A stretch of 64,000 nucleotides of DNA from the human T2T-CHM13v2.0 reference genome, Homo sapiens. Both the position numbers and the translations under genes were made by a program. Each line of letters begins with the position of its first letter. Within the stretch, counting starts at the first letter, position 1. Below are positions 1 to 14,202 of the stretch, piece after piece. Where the stretch lies: the NCBI RefSeq assembly GCF_009914755.1, contig NC_060929.1; one strand, written 5' to 3'. The notes beneath the pieces were generated by a model that saw only the letters and a program-made list of their open reading frames with translations, did no database searches and was not told the DNA's origin.

Positions 1-140
1 AAATCCCTGTGAAACCCTTATTTACCATGAGGATCATGTTACACAGCTGCCTCATTATGAGGACACAGGGGAGACCTTCCCCTGCTCTCAGTACTGAAAG
101 GAGTTGTGTTGTTCTAGAGTAACTGGTTTGTTTTTTTCTT

Positions 141-442
141 CTTTTCCATTTATTTATTTAGAGACAGAGTTTCACCATTGTTGCTTAGGCTACAGTCCAG
201 TGGTGCAATCTTGGCTCACCGCAACCTCCACCTCCTGGGTTCAAGCGAGTCTCCTGCCCCAGCCTCCTGAGTTGCTGGGATTACAGGCATATGCCACCAC
301 ACCTGGCTAATTTTGTATTTTTAGTAGAGACAGGGTTTCTCCATGTTTGTCAGGCTGGTCTTGAACTCCTGACCTCAGGTGATCCGCCTGCCTTGGCCTC
401 CCATAGTGCTGGGATTGCAGGTGTGAGCCACTGCACCCAGCC
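141..442 (-). mobile_element. Alu (AluSq/Sp-like), full length
   Basis: Antisense Alu dimer; 17-bp TSD tggtttgtttttttctt at 124-140 and 444-460. Confidence 0.95.
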
Positions 443-1164
443 ATGGTTTGTTTTTTTCTTAGGAACATTGTTTTTCATGCATCTCATCCTGTTTCTTCTT
501 CACGTTGTCCATGACCACACAGCCACAAGGCCTCGCTATAGTGCCTAGAATTTCGTATCATGGATTTTTGTTGTTGTTTTGATTCTTTAAAAAAATTAAA
601 TTCAGTCTTGTGCTCATCTTTTTTAAATTTTAGAAGATTCCTTTTTCCTGCTGATTTCTTCCCTCGTAGAAAAAAATGCCCCCCTTTTTGGGGACTGCTG
701 TAGGTGCTTTTTGGGACACATTAGGGAGCAAATAATCATAATAGGCACTCAGTGAATGTTGAAGCCAATTTCATGTGGTCTTCTCAGCAATGAGCAATGG
801 AAGTTGTTTACACTTTGTTGCAGCTACCTGAACCTTGGGGCTGTGTGAGAACGTTGGGCTGGGCCCAAGGTAGGGCTTGAGTGGTGGAATCAGCTGTATC
901 TACCCCAGTTACTCTGTGCGGCCCAACCAGGCCCAATATTCTGAAGCCCAGTGTGAGCCCTCTGCTTCCTTCTCTTAGGACAGTGCTCTTCAGGGCTCCC
1001 TGGTGGTCCTGCCCCATCAGTGCTCCAGATGTGGCCAGATGTGCAGAAAACCCAATCCTGCCTCTGGGATGCAGGTCCTGCCATCCTAGTATTGTCTTTG
1101 AAAAGCTTTGGGCCTTCCTTCACAAGTGAGAGAGGTCTACAGCTTCTCATTGTTGTACATCAGG

Positions 1165-1492
1165 TACATCATTCTTGTTAGCCTAGGTTATACCACACAC
1201 CTAAAGAGCACCAAATCTTTCTGGCTTAAAACAGCATTATGTTGCCTATCACAGGTCCACAGGGGACTCAGGCTCCCTGAACAGCCGCCATTTCCAACCT
1301 TGCTGGTAACCGTGCCAGAGTGAAAGAGCTCTGGGAAGTTTCTATCGGCAGTTAAATGTCCTGGTCTGGAAACGACACGTTAGTTTTGTTTGCAGCTTAT
1401 TTGCTAGAACTTGATACCTGTTCCAGGCAATTCTGTTATGTTCCTGGAAAAGGAGACAACCAGAAATACTTGGCTCGTCACGCTAATGACTA
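1165..1492 (-). mobile_element. Old MaLR LTR (MLT1K/L-like)
   Basis: ctaggttatac...ctggcttaaaacag start and ccagaaatacttgg...ctaatgacta end resemble antisense MLT1K. Confidence 0.55.
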
Positions 1493-1768
1493 GATTTTGT
1501 AATTAGCATTATATTTTGTTTTATTGTTTATACTTACTTTTGTTCCAGAAAAATGTTTTCTAGGATATTTGAATTTCAGAAAAACAAGAAAGTTTGGGGC
1601 AGAAATTAGTATAGGAATATGAACTGGAATCAGGTGTGCAACTGTTGCAACATGTGCATCAAAACAAACTGTGTTTGTTGAAGGTGGACATTGAAAGCTA
1701 AACTTTCCAGCAGCCCATGTGAAAAGGAAACTTGTGAGATAGAAACTTGACCCATAAGATTGTGGATT

Positions 1769-1851
1769 TTTTCTTTTTCTTTTTTTTTTTGAGACAGAGT
1801 TGCCCAGGCTGGAGTGCAATGGCATGATCTTGGCTCACTGCAACCTCCGCC
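1769..1851 (-). mobile_element. Severely 5'-truncated Alu (~60 nt of right arm plus tail)
   Basis: polyT-gagacagagttgcccaggctggagtgcaatgg...aacctccgcc; TSD aagattgtggatt 1756-1768 / aagattggggatt 1852-1864. Confidence 0.9.
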
Positions 1852-2006
1852 AAGATTGGGGATTCTTAACATGGAGATAGGGGAGATGTCTCTGAGTTCC
1901 CTGAAATTGTATGCAAAGTCTGGCATGTGTACATGGAGAGAGAGGAGTCATAGCTTTAATCAGATTCTCAGGGTTATGTATGACCACACTTCCTATCCAA
2001 GGTTAA

Positions 2007-2340
<334 letters not shown>

Positions 2341-2999
2341 AAATATAGACCTTTTAATCAGAAGATGCACCCTTGACTTCTGATGCTTAGCCCAAGCAGC
2401 AGTTCCTCCCCGCGGTTATTTTAGGAGATGGCAATGTAACAAGTATTTCCCTCACTTACTGTAGACATGATGAATTTCATAGACATGTTTATTACAGTGC
2501 TTTGCAATATAAGCTGATGGGATTCCACAGAAGCTAATTCAATAAAAGCAAATATGTGAGGGAGGGAGAGGGTTGATACTCGTTTGTGGTGGTGGTTAGA
2601 ACAATGAGATATGAGGCCAAACTCCTTTTCTGCTGATCTGCCTAATCTAGATGCAGATTAGAGAAGAAAAGGTAGATTCCATAATCCTGTAGGCTATGAT
2701 CCCTAAACCCAGTTTTTGGTAAGTCACTTGTGGTAATGACATCGAGATTGTAGTTAGCAATTGTGCCTGGGGTGTAGCTTTCCTGTGTTGCGTGTTTTCT
2801 ATGGCACAAATGGCCAGGATATATGGTATACTAAAGAGAATGTCGTGCTACCTCCACTTGGAGATGAGCTGAAGGTGTGTCTGGAGAGGTGCTGAGATTG
2901 TCCTTAGAAATCTTTCTCTTGCTTAAGAGGATGGTTAGCTTCCATCTTTCTCTATGTCCCAGAACATTTTAAACATGCAGATTATATTGTTTGAAAGGT

Positions 3000-3775
3000 A
3001 AATACTTTATTAAAGTAATGTGTCATTATTGTTAAAGTCTCAGAAACTTAAAATACAAAAATAATCATTTGTATATACCAATGACCTGGAGATAATGCCA
3101 CTGTGGAAATGTTGGTAACCTTCTAGACTTCACGTACATGCATACACTTTTTATAAAACCAAACTGTGAATAATAAAAGACATATGATTTAGCAATCTAG
3201 TTTTTCCCCCCTCACTTGAGCATTTTTCCATATTAGAAAAGCTAGACTTGTAAAAAGTGATTTTGTATTGTATAGATACACTAAAATGTAACTAATTTTC
3301 TATTGGGCATAGGATTATTTCCATTCTTTTTTTTTTTTTTAATGTTGCAGTTGCAAACCATGCTTTGATTATACTTTCACATAAGTATTCCTGTTTGATC
3401 TTCTCCTTAGGATAAATTCCTGGAAGTCAAATTGGTGGGACAAAGAGTAGATACGTTTTTAAAATGTTGGATATGTATTGTCACATCATCCTTTAAAAAA
3501 GTAATATAATGTATATTAGTATTTTTCTCATGTTTGTGGGTAGCTTGCTTTTTTCCTCCAATGTGCTTGTGTCCTTGGACATTTTTCTATTAGGCAATCA
3601 GTCTTTCTCTTACTGATTTATAAGAGCTGCAGTTATTTTTAGAGTATTGATGTATTGATCCCTTCCTATCAAAGTTAGAAATTGTTATATTGGGGAAATT
3701 TTCCAGCTTTTTCTGTAGCTTGAAAATTTTATTTTTTTTATTTTAAAACTTTCTTCTGTTACAGATAGAAAGTTT
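3000..3775 (-). mobile_element. Ancient L1 (L1ME/MC-class) 3' region
   Basis: tccttaggataaattcctggaagtcaaattggtgggacaaagagta matches the antisense old-L1 motif; boundaries approximate. Confidence 0.6.
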
Positions 3776-3790
3776 TGATATATCTTCTTT

Positions 3791-4088
3791 TTCTTTCTTT
3801 TTTTCTTTTGAGACAGGGTCTTACTCTGCCTCCCAGGCTGGAGTGCAGTGGCGTGCTCACAGCTGACTTTAACTTTGACTTCCTAGGTTCAAATTATCTG
3901 AACCTCCCACCTCAGCTTCCCTGGTAGCTGGTACCACAGGCACGTGCCACCACACCCAGCTAACTTTTGCATTTTTTGTAGAGGTGAGGTCTCACCATGT
4001 TACCCAGGCTGGTCTCAAGTTCAAGTGATCTGCCTGCCTTGGCCTCCCAAAGAACTGGGATTACAGACATGAGCCACCATGCCGAGCC
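3791..4088 (-). mobile_element. AluJ
   Basis: gagacagggtctt and cacagct J-type positions; perfect 18-bp TSD ttttgatatatcttcttt at 3773-3790 and 4089-4106. Confidence 0.93.
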
Positions 4089-4518
4089 TTTTGATATATC
4101 TTCTTTAGTTGTAATTTATTCCTCAGTTTTCTTAATTAAATTTTTATTGTTTTTGTTTCTGTATCAAATACCTCACATTAAATTAGCTGCCTAATCACCG
4201 TTAGGAACCTTCAAGAGCTCCTTACTCTTACACTTGTGGCAGCTCCTACTCAGGGGTTCCTACCCTTCTTTGTGTCCTGAATTCCTTTGGCAGTCTGGGC
4301 AGGTCTTTGGCAGTGGTGTTCCCAGCCAGGAATGGTGGGAGTGATCCCTGCTGTGTAGGCAAAATGCAGACGCATGGTCCGGAGAGAATTTAAGGACAAT
4401 ATTAAAACTGACAAACAGCTGGTTTCCTTTTCTGTGCTGGCAATCTAAGTAAGTCAATGATAAAATGCCTCTCTCACCCTGGGTCACTCCTGCCTCTCTC
4501 CCCTCATTATACCTCTGT

Positions 4519-4936
4519 AGGGTAAGTATCCCTTATCTGAAATTCTTGGGACCAGCAGTGTTTTAGGTTTTTAAAAAAGATGTTCAAATATTTCTATATA
4601 CATAATGAGATATCTTAGAAATAGGACCCAAGTCTAAGCAGAAAATTCATTTATGTTTCTTATATGCCTTATACACATAGCCTGAAGGTAATTTATACCA
4701 TACTTTAAATAATTTTGGGTAGCAAACAAAATTTATGGACACTGAACTATTGGAAAGCAAAGGTATCACTCTCCCAGCCATCTCTGTGGACAGTTGCATC
4801 ACCGTCATTCCTGACTCTGAATCTATATGCCTACTGATAAGCAGTTATTTTCTTACACTTGTACTGTGACCTGTCTTGCGAGGTTAGGTGTAGGATTTTC
4901 TACTTGGGATGTCCTGTCGGTGCTCAAAAGTTTCAA
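4519..4936 (+). mobile_element. Tigger4b/MER46-type (Zombi) TcMar DNA transposon
   Basis: agtatcccttatctgaaattcttgggaccag...ggacccaagtctaa...ttatacacatagcctgaaggtaatt. Confidence 0.85.
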
Positions 4937-4939
4937 GGA

Positions 4940-5355
4940 TGATGCTTGGGTTTTTGGTGTAATTGGGTGCCATTTACTGAGATGGGGAAACGAAGAACAC
5001 TTTTGGGGGAAAAGCAGTAGTTAAGGGTTCTGTTTTGTACATGTTAAGTTTGGGATAGTTATTAGATCACTAAGTACCAAAGTTTAGTGGATGATTGGGT
5101 ACCTGAGTTGGAAGCTCAGATAGCATGTAGATGATATTTAATGGCATAGGAATTGATGAATTGTATAGAGAGAAGAGAATGGGTCTTGGCTTAATCCTGA
5201 GGAGCTCTAATTGGTAGGGGTTTGGAAGAAGGGAATAATTAGAGTAAGAAGGAAAGCCAGGGAACTGAGGAAAAACCTAGATAGAATGATGTCATGGGAA
5301 CCAAGAGAGGAGGGTATTTCAAGGAGGAAGTGGTCAGTGTGTTGATTAGTACTGA
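4940..5355 (-). mobile_element. L2 fragment
   Basis: gtgccatttactgagatggggaa...ttttgtacatgttaagtttg, purine-rich antisense L2 motifs. Confidence 0.7.
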
Positions 5356-5363
5356 GAGGCAGC

Positions 5364-5364
<1 letters not shown>

Positions 5365-5408
<44 letters not shown>
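5365..5408. repeat. (TG)22 microsatellite
   Basis: Counted directly. Confidence 0.99.
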
Positions 5409-5412
<4 letters not shown>

Positions 5413-5907
5413 AAGAAGAAACAGAAAACTGGACAACAACAAAAAATTAGTTGGAGAAGGAAACATAGAAGAGGAAACACACACCGTGTTTTGTACATTT
5501 GATTTTTGGAATTAAGTGTTTTACATAATTGTAAAGCAAAATTAAGACTTAATCCTTCAAAAGCAACATGTAACAAATGCACATAACTATATTGAGAAAG
5601 TGGTGTAACTATGTTCGGTGAAACTGTATCAAATGACTTTAAGCATGGTGTTTTAGTATATGCCTAAGGACAAAAAACAGCTCCAAAATGTTTCAAATGC
5701 TTTTAATAATCATATTGTTGATAATAGTATTAGTTTCACTATTCTGAGACTGTTATATGTGTATGTGGGATAAATGAACTATTTTGGTGGTGTTCAGAAC
5801 TGGGATTTTTGATGTGTTTATGAAAGGAGATAAAAATGTAAAATTAAACCTAAGTAAGAACCTTGTAATCTTGAATTTAAATCAGTATTATCAGTATGAA
5901 TTCATGA

Positions 5908-7246
<1,339 letters not shown>

Positions 7247-7255
7247 CTCATTATT

Positions 7256-7552
7256 AATTTTTTATTTTTTGAGACAGGGTCTCTGTCACCCAGGCTGAAG
7301 TGCGGTGGTATGATCTCGGCTCATTGCAACTTTGCCTCATGGGTACAAGCAATTCTTGTGCCTCAGCCTCCTGAGTAGCTGGGACTATGGGAATGTGCTA
7401 CCATGCCTGGCTAATTTTTTGTATTTTATTTTTAGTAGAGACAGAATTTCGCTATGTTGGCTAGCTGGTCTTGAACTCCTGGCCTCAAATGATCTGCCTG
7501 CCTCAGCCTCCCAAAGTGCTGGGATTACAGGCGTGAGCCACCGTACCTGGTC
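7256..7552 (-). mobile_element. AluJb-like
   Basis: gagacagggtctc...ctggcctcaaatgatc. Confidence 0.9.
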
Positions 7553-10500
7553 TCATGATGTATTTTAAAAATGTATTTTCTTGTTCCTCCACTAAAAAGG
7601 CTTAGAAATAATGTTCAGTCCAGTGGCAGTGAGCATCCCTAGTGCTCAGATTGTGGTCTCTAAATATTACTTCCCAGCAAGAGGAACTAGGCTTTCTGGG
7701 AGAAATGGCTGATTCCAGCTCTGGAGTGGAAAATATAAATGATGAATCAGAAACAGCTTGTCAAACCAGAAAACAAGGAAGCTGTCAAAGACTAGTGAGG
7801 TTGTATTCAAAAGGATTCAGGAGTCTCTCATTAGCTATAAATGTGACAGTTTGGAGATCAATAAAAATAACAACTATAGAGGGTTGAAACACATTCAGTA
7901 TATTAAAATCTATAACTTCAAAATTATACCAAAAAAACCTAGTTAGTCACCTTTGAAGGATTGGCTTGTTACTTTGAAAATGATAAATAGGAAAAAATAA
8001 CCAATCTGCCTTTCCAGTCGGAATTGCACCTCCGGATGATGAATAGTTAATAATTTTCTCTTTATAGAAGTATTTTAGCTAATAAATGAAGAATTGATAC
8101 ATTTAGAATATTACCGTTTTGCACACCCTAATAAAATAATGGATTCAGGCAATGATCATTAATAACTCCTAATATCACACGGAGACAACTAGACATTATG
8201 TATTTCCTGATGGAAGTAGACAGCACCACCTAGGATATATTCTTGAAAAAAAATTGAATCTAATTCTGTTCAAGTCTCTAGATCTAACTGCCAATTTATA
8301 AGAAATATAGTGGAAAGGGGAACATGTTTAATGGTACCATGTGGATGCAGTCAGAAAAATCTGAACCAGGGGAAACTGTGCATAGGACAAATTATAGAGT
8401 TTCTTCAAATCACAAATGATGAGAACATGGAAGGAGGAACCTCAACATTATAAAAAACTTAAGTGTATCAATTGTAATGTATGAACATTATTTTCATCTT
8501 GGTTCAACAGACCATCTTCAGACAATTAGGAAAATTGGACAATGACTGGATATTTGATATTAAGGAATTACTATTCATTTTTTTAGGTGTGATAATGACA
8601 TTGTGGTTATGTTTAAAAAGAGTTATCTTTTAGAGAGACGTACAGAAACTTGATATGATGTCTGGGGAAGTGGGCAAGGACAGAGGAAACAAGAATGACT
8701 GCCGATTTGTAATGGAAGCTGGATTTCTCTACTTGAAGTTGTTTCTTTTAAAAGTGACTCTTATTCTCACCCCCATCAAGAATAGCTAGGTATAATTATG
8801 ATGTCATTACTCATGATTATACACACTGAGAATACTCAGCTCTGAGACTATTCAAACAAAATTGGTGGCTGAGCATTTTGTCAAATATTGGTTCTGAATT
8901 GTGTATTGCACTCTCTTACAACACCTGGTGTTTTTCCTCTGGGAGTTTAGGATGGGCGTGATGTTAATAATACCCTGGACTGTTATTTGCTGTGGTTTCT
9001 ATGTTGTTATTTCTTATATAGCTGGAAAGCTGGGAAGAAGGGGTGCCATGCCATGAGTGTAAATTGAACCATACCTTTTGAACATAAACCATCATGTAAA
9101 TACGAATTTCAGAACATGGGCCGTTTAATTTCTCTTTGAATGGACTGAATGTTTAAAAAATATATATGGCTGACACGCTCAGATCTGTATTCTAGGGTAG
9201 AAATGTTTTTTGCTTGTCAGTTATCTGACATTATAGAATTAAACATAAAAGCTACTTGCAGGATAAACTTAGAAAAAATCCGCTTGATATGTTTGTGTTT
9301 GCCTCCCATAAAATGTCGGGAACCATATTTTCTCAGAAGAAGGGACTATTTGGACTTCCAGGAGTGCTGACTTCAGGAAATCTGTGCGGAGCTTCCCTTA
9401 TTATTGAGTTGAAGCTCAGTAATATCTGTTGAAGCTATTGCTGTGTCCCTGTGATATGAAAGAGACTATTATAATGCCCACATTTGTCTTCTATTTAAAC
9501 ATTTTTGGTTTTCAGCATTACTGTCACATGTAAGTTCAAGGTAGCAAAAAGAATTAAAAAGAGCCACAGTTTAAAACTGAAAGTAAACAAAATCAATATT
9601 TGAGAGGATTTTAGTGAGAGTGTTTTTCAGTAATTTATTGTTGTGCAGAGGACAGATACCCCATATTGCATCACCTTCAGACCAGGCCTCAGGCTGTATG
9701 TTTACATTTCTCTTTGGTTTCAGCTGTTTTTTTCTATGCCAGATTTTCCCTTTTGACATGCTTTTTGTTTTGCTAGTCAAAGTGAATTTCTTTTTTTTTA
9801 AACATCATACTCCTCTTGGTTCAATCTACCTCTGAAAAATTAAACTGTATTCATTCTGTTTAAGTCATGATTAAGTTTAAATGCAAATGGAAAATCCATT
9901 TGCATTCCTAAATTGTTGCTGATGTTTCTGATTCTAAGGGATTTATTGAGCAGGAAAGAAGAGCAATAGCTTGTGTTTTTTTTTTTTTTCTTTAAATTAC
10001 ATTTGGGTGACCCAAATAGCCTTCAGAAGTATAAAATGAATTTTGATCAAGAGTTATATTAGTCATTATTGGCTATATGAGTTAATAATGTGTCCTATAT
10101 TCTAGAGTCCTCTTATAAATAAAAGTATTCATCTGTAAGCTTTAAAAAAAAATCTGTGTTCTTAGATTGTTAGTACCTACTGTATTTTAGTAGTCAGTAA
10201 ACTGTTGGAGAAAAGTCCAGTTTGACTTGATTTTTTTTTTTCAGATTTAGAAGGAAAATTAAGATCCTACTAGATGTATGTATGAACAATATCCATAGCT
10301 TGTCAAATCTTAAATTCTTGGAATAGTAGCAAACAGCTTTATGTAATAGGGATTTACTTACCAGTCCTTCATTTCTCTGGGGATTATATTCAAGGGATAT
10401 TTAGGAGATTATTGGCTTTATGGCCAGTTTGCATTTAGGCAGAGGAAAGGATGAAAATGCTGATTACAAAAGCTTACTGTGCCAATCAAAGTCTATGCTT

Positions 10501-11250
10501 AGGTAACTTTTGTTCATACATTCCCACCATTTTTCTCTAGTTGCTTTGTTTCTTCATTCAACTTACTGAGAGAGAAATCTCTTTGGCTCAGCTTAGTTTA
10601 GAGATTGAATTTCCCTGAGACAGGTACCTACACCTTGTGGAATTATTATTGTTCCAGAACGGTAGTATTCCATTTGGTATGGTTGGCCTCCAAAGGATAC
10701 AAGTAGGAATGGTCAAACCTAAAAGAAGCTGGAATCCAAACTGACACTATACAGTCTCCCAAATAGGGTTCTGGAAGAGATGACCATGAGGGCACAGTTC
10801 TGATGAGTTATGATTCTTTGTTTTGGACAGCTACATTTGAAGTAGTTTTTTTTTTTTTTTTGTAAATGGAAATCAGATAAGATGTCATGTATAGGATATT
10901 CTTAGGTCTTTGAAATGTACTTGTCCATTGTCATTGCCAGACTCTGATTGTGGTGGGTATGGCCCACTCTTTTAATTTTGGGAGGTAATTTATCAAGGGG
11001 TAATACCCTGATGACAGTGTCAGAGTATTAGAACTAAGTGGAACCTTATGAATATTCCACTAGAAGGATTAGAGGTGGGGTCAGTGGATGAGCTTCTTGG
11101 GGGGTGGGGGCTTGGAGGTTGGGGGAACTGGTCTGTGTGCCCAGAGTCAAACAGAAAGTGTTGAGCGTGTGTCTGTTTCTTTTTGAAGGTGGGATGGGAA
11201 GGGGAGACACTGGGTCTTTAATCCACATGATGTCACCTGTGCCCAGGAAA

Positions 11251-11388
11251 GATTAGAACCACTCTAAACCAAACTCTTTCATTTTGCAGATGATAAAACT
11301 AAGGCCCAGAGGGATGAAGAGCTGTACTTCAAGTCATTTTTCTGAGTCATTGGACAACTCTAGATTATGATCTAAGTTTCTGTTACTC
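11251..11388 (-). mobile_element. MIR
   Basis: Core cattttgcagatgataaaactaaggcccagag. Confidence 0.75.
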
Positions 11389-14131
11389 TGTCTGTTGTTT
11401 GCATAGGCACACTGATTCTTATAGACAGTTATCTAAAACGTGGCGTTATAAATTTTGTTCTTGAAGACTGTGAAGTGGATGGGGAAAAAGTTATTCCAGT
11501 TATTTCTCAGAATGAAGTGCAAAGACGATGCCTAGGCCAATGTTATTTTAATAATATGATTAAAAACTCAGCTGGGGCTTTGGGGAAGTAGTAGTGGTGT
11601 TAGAAAGTTGAAAGTTGTGGAATATTTCTTTCATTTTTATTTTCAAGTACATATGTTGACCATTCTCAACCAGTGGAACATAGAGAAGGTATTTTATGCT
11701 TTAATTAATTTAGCAAATGTCTACATATACAGGGATTTTAACACGTTTTTTCCTCCCAACCACTTAAATATCTTGAAATCACACATAGTATTTGTTTAAC
11801 AGCCCTTTTATTATTAAAAAAGTAAAGGTAAATTAGGTTTAAAGTTATGTGCTTTTATTATAAAAAAGTTCGAACTGCAGCATTTACAATTTTACTTTTC
11901 ACTTTTCAAATGCTGAAAACTTTTTGTCCTTCAAATTCTAGTCCATTCCACCTTTCTTTCCTTTTCCTCCTTTTCTCATATATGGAACATTCTTTGCAGA
12001 TTTGAAATTTTTTCCATCTTTGGTTTTAAAACATTTTAGACAGAAATATTTTCTTCACATAAGACTTAAAATAGTTGTCTTTTGTTCTATATTGCTAAAG
12101 TTCTGATTTTACTATAACAGGTTGAAATGTTCAGGAATTGAGATTGAGAGGATAGGAAATTATAGGGCATTTGCCAATAATTGAAACAATGAGATATTTT
12201 TGTAGTCGAATTCCCCCTCCCCCATCTTATAGTCATCCACGCTACAACATGCAGTAGGTAAATGTTATAAACACTTTTTGCCATTCAATCAGATATCAGG
12301 ATTAGATAATATTTTGGTTATTAATCATTATTAATGGATATATTTAAAAAAATGTTTTATGGTAAATCATTTTTATTGTTTTTAGAGCCCAACATTTATA
12401 AGGGATGCCACTGATGATAGGCAGACATCAGAAATTGAACTGTGACAGCAACATAGCAACATATATCTTAAATCCCAATTATAGGCTCTGATTTTAACCC
12501 TTCTTACAGAAGCCTTGAGCTTCTCTAAGTGCTAAAAATTCTCTTCAATTGCTAGGCTTAAAAAAGTGACGTTCTGTTCCTACTTGTCATTTCGGTTTAT
12601 GTAGTAATAACAAAAACACGGTGATAAAGCATAAACCTAATGTAATTTTTCCAGGAAGCTAGGATTGTAAGGAAGAATATAGCATTTATTACCAATATTC
12701 ATAGAGATATTTTTTAATTCTGTTTTAACACCATGTATAAGAAAATCATTGTACCCTCTACTTCCTACTTAACTCCAATTCATGTTTCACTTATTTCTCA
12801 GCTTCAGTGGATGATGTCGGATGTGTCAAGAGCACTTTATGAAACCATTTATCATGATTGTGTAAGAATAGGGCAAATAACTCCAGAGTGCTGTAGCCCC
12901 AAGCAGCTCCGCTCGCTGACAGAAGCAAATGTCAGATTCAAGATAGACATCAGGTTTCTCTGTAATGCTGGGCTATATAACTTTAAAAGCTTATTGTTAT
13001 CAATGTGATTGAAAATTTAAATGACTTAAAATAACCTTTAAATAAGATGTCTTTCTTAGCTGTTTGTCTAAGTCATTCCTGTTGATTTTCTTTTTGGATA
13101 TATGCCCTCTGCTTCCAAATGTAATATAACATCCATTGGTTTTCCTAGCACACTTAACTGGCCATAATATTATAGGATTAAGATTTGGGGTTATGAATGT
13201 TAGTGCTTTGTATACTGAATTTCTGGCCAAGTCAACTGCCTCTTCGTAGCCTGTGTCCCCATTCTCTCCTAAACACTTGGGATGTTTTTCTAAAGTTTGG
13301 CTCCAGGATCACTGATTGGGACATTATTTAAATATTTTATACTTCTTAAACAAATCTTCAAATGTTTAAAGAAATGGTGAGGTAGGAGAGCCCTCTCTAA
13401 CACTAGTCATTCTGGCCTCTGATTCACCTCTCCTCCCATTCCCCAGTGACTACCCCATGTCCTTGAGTACGACATCAAAACATTTTTTTTCGTTTTCATT
13501 GCAAAATATCTAAGAAGTTGTTTTTACCAAGTGACAGTGGGTATTGAATAAAAAATCAATAATGTATAAAGGAGGTTCAAAGTTATTACCCAAGGTTTTA
13601 TATAAATAAACCAAATCTAAAAAATTTTATCCAGAATTATCTGCATTATTTCAAATAAGGAAAAAAAATAGAAGTTAAAATGTCCTAAATAATCTAACTG
13701 TGGTGTAAGTGGTTTGTAGTTTGATTGAAGACTTAGTATTGGTATAATCAAACAAAATTCCTGTGGTATGGGAGTGATGTGGGGTTCCCAGCTCCAGAAC
13801 ATAGCACAGGAAGTAAATGCTCAATTATATACTCACACCTGGCCAGCTCCTGCCTCTTTTGCCACTGGCAGGCCATAAATGCTTCTTGAGAATTTACTAT
13901 ACCATTCACTTTTCATGCCTCTACTCTTATTGCCTTAAACATAGAGGAAAATATCTGGATTTTTTAGTTGAACTTTAGAAATATAGAGGGAAAGGTGGGA
14001 ATTAAACCTAATTCTAACTATCTGTACCTTAATTACTTCTGATAAGTCATTTACATTATTGATGCTCTACAACTTGAGGGAAATTCCTGACTTCATCTGA
14101 GTGGTTAATGTAGGCCTGTGTGTGTTAGGTA

Positions 14132-14132
<1 letters not shown>

Positions 14133-14200
<68 letters not shown>
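14133..14200. repeat. Compound microsatellite (TG)24(AG)10
   Basis: TG 14133-14180, AG 14181-14200. Confidence 0.99.

Positions 14201-14202
<2 letters not shown>

Noticed and set aside
11001-11030. Small inverted repeat taataccctga...tcagagtatta
   Set aside because: 10/11 match; expected by chance in 64 kb
12802-12861. Possible 60-nt in-frame exon (LQWMMSDVSRALYETIYHDC) or C/D snoRNA start
   Set aside because: Donor tgt|gtaaga is mediocre, peptide unrecognised, no exact RUGAUGA box with terminal stem
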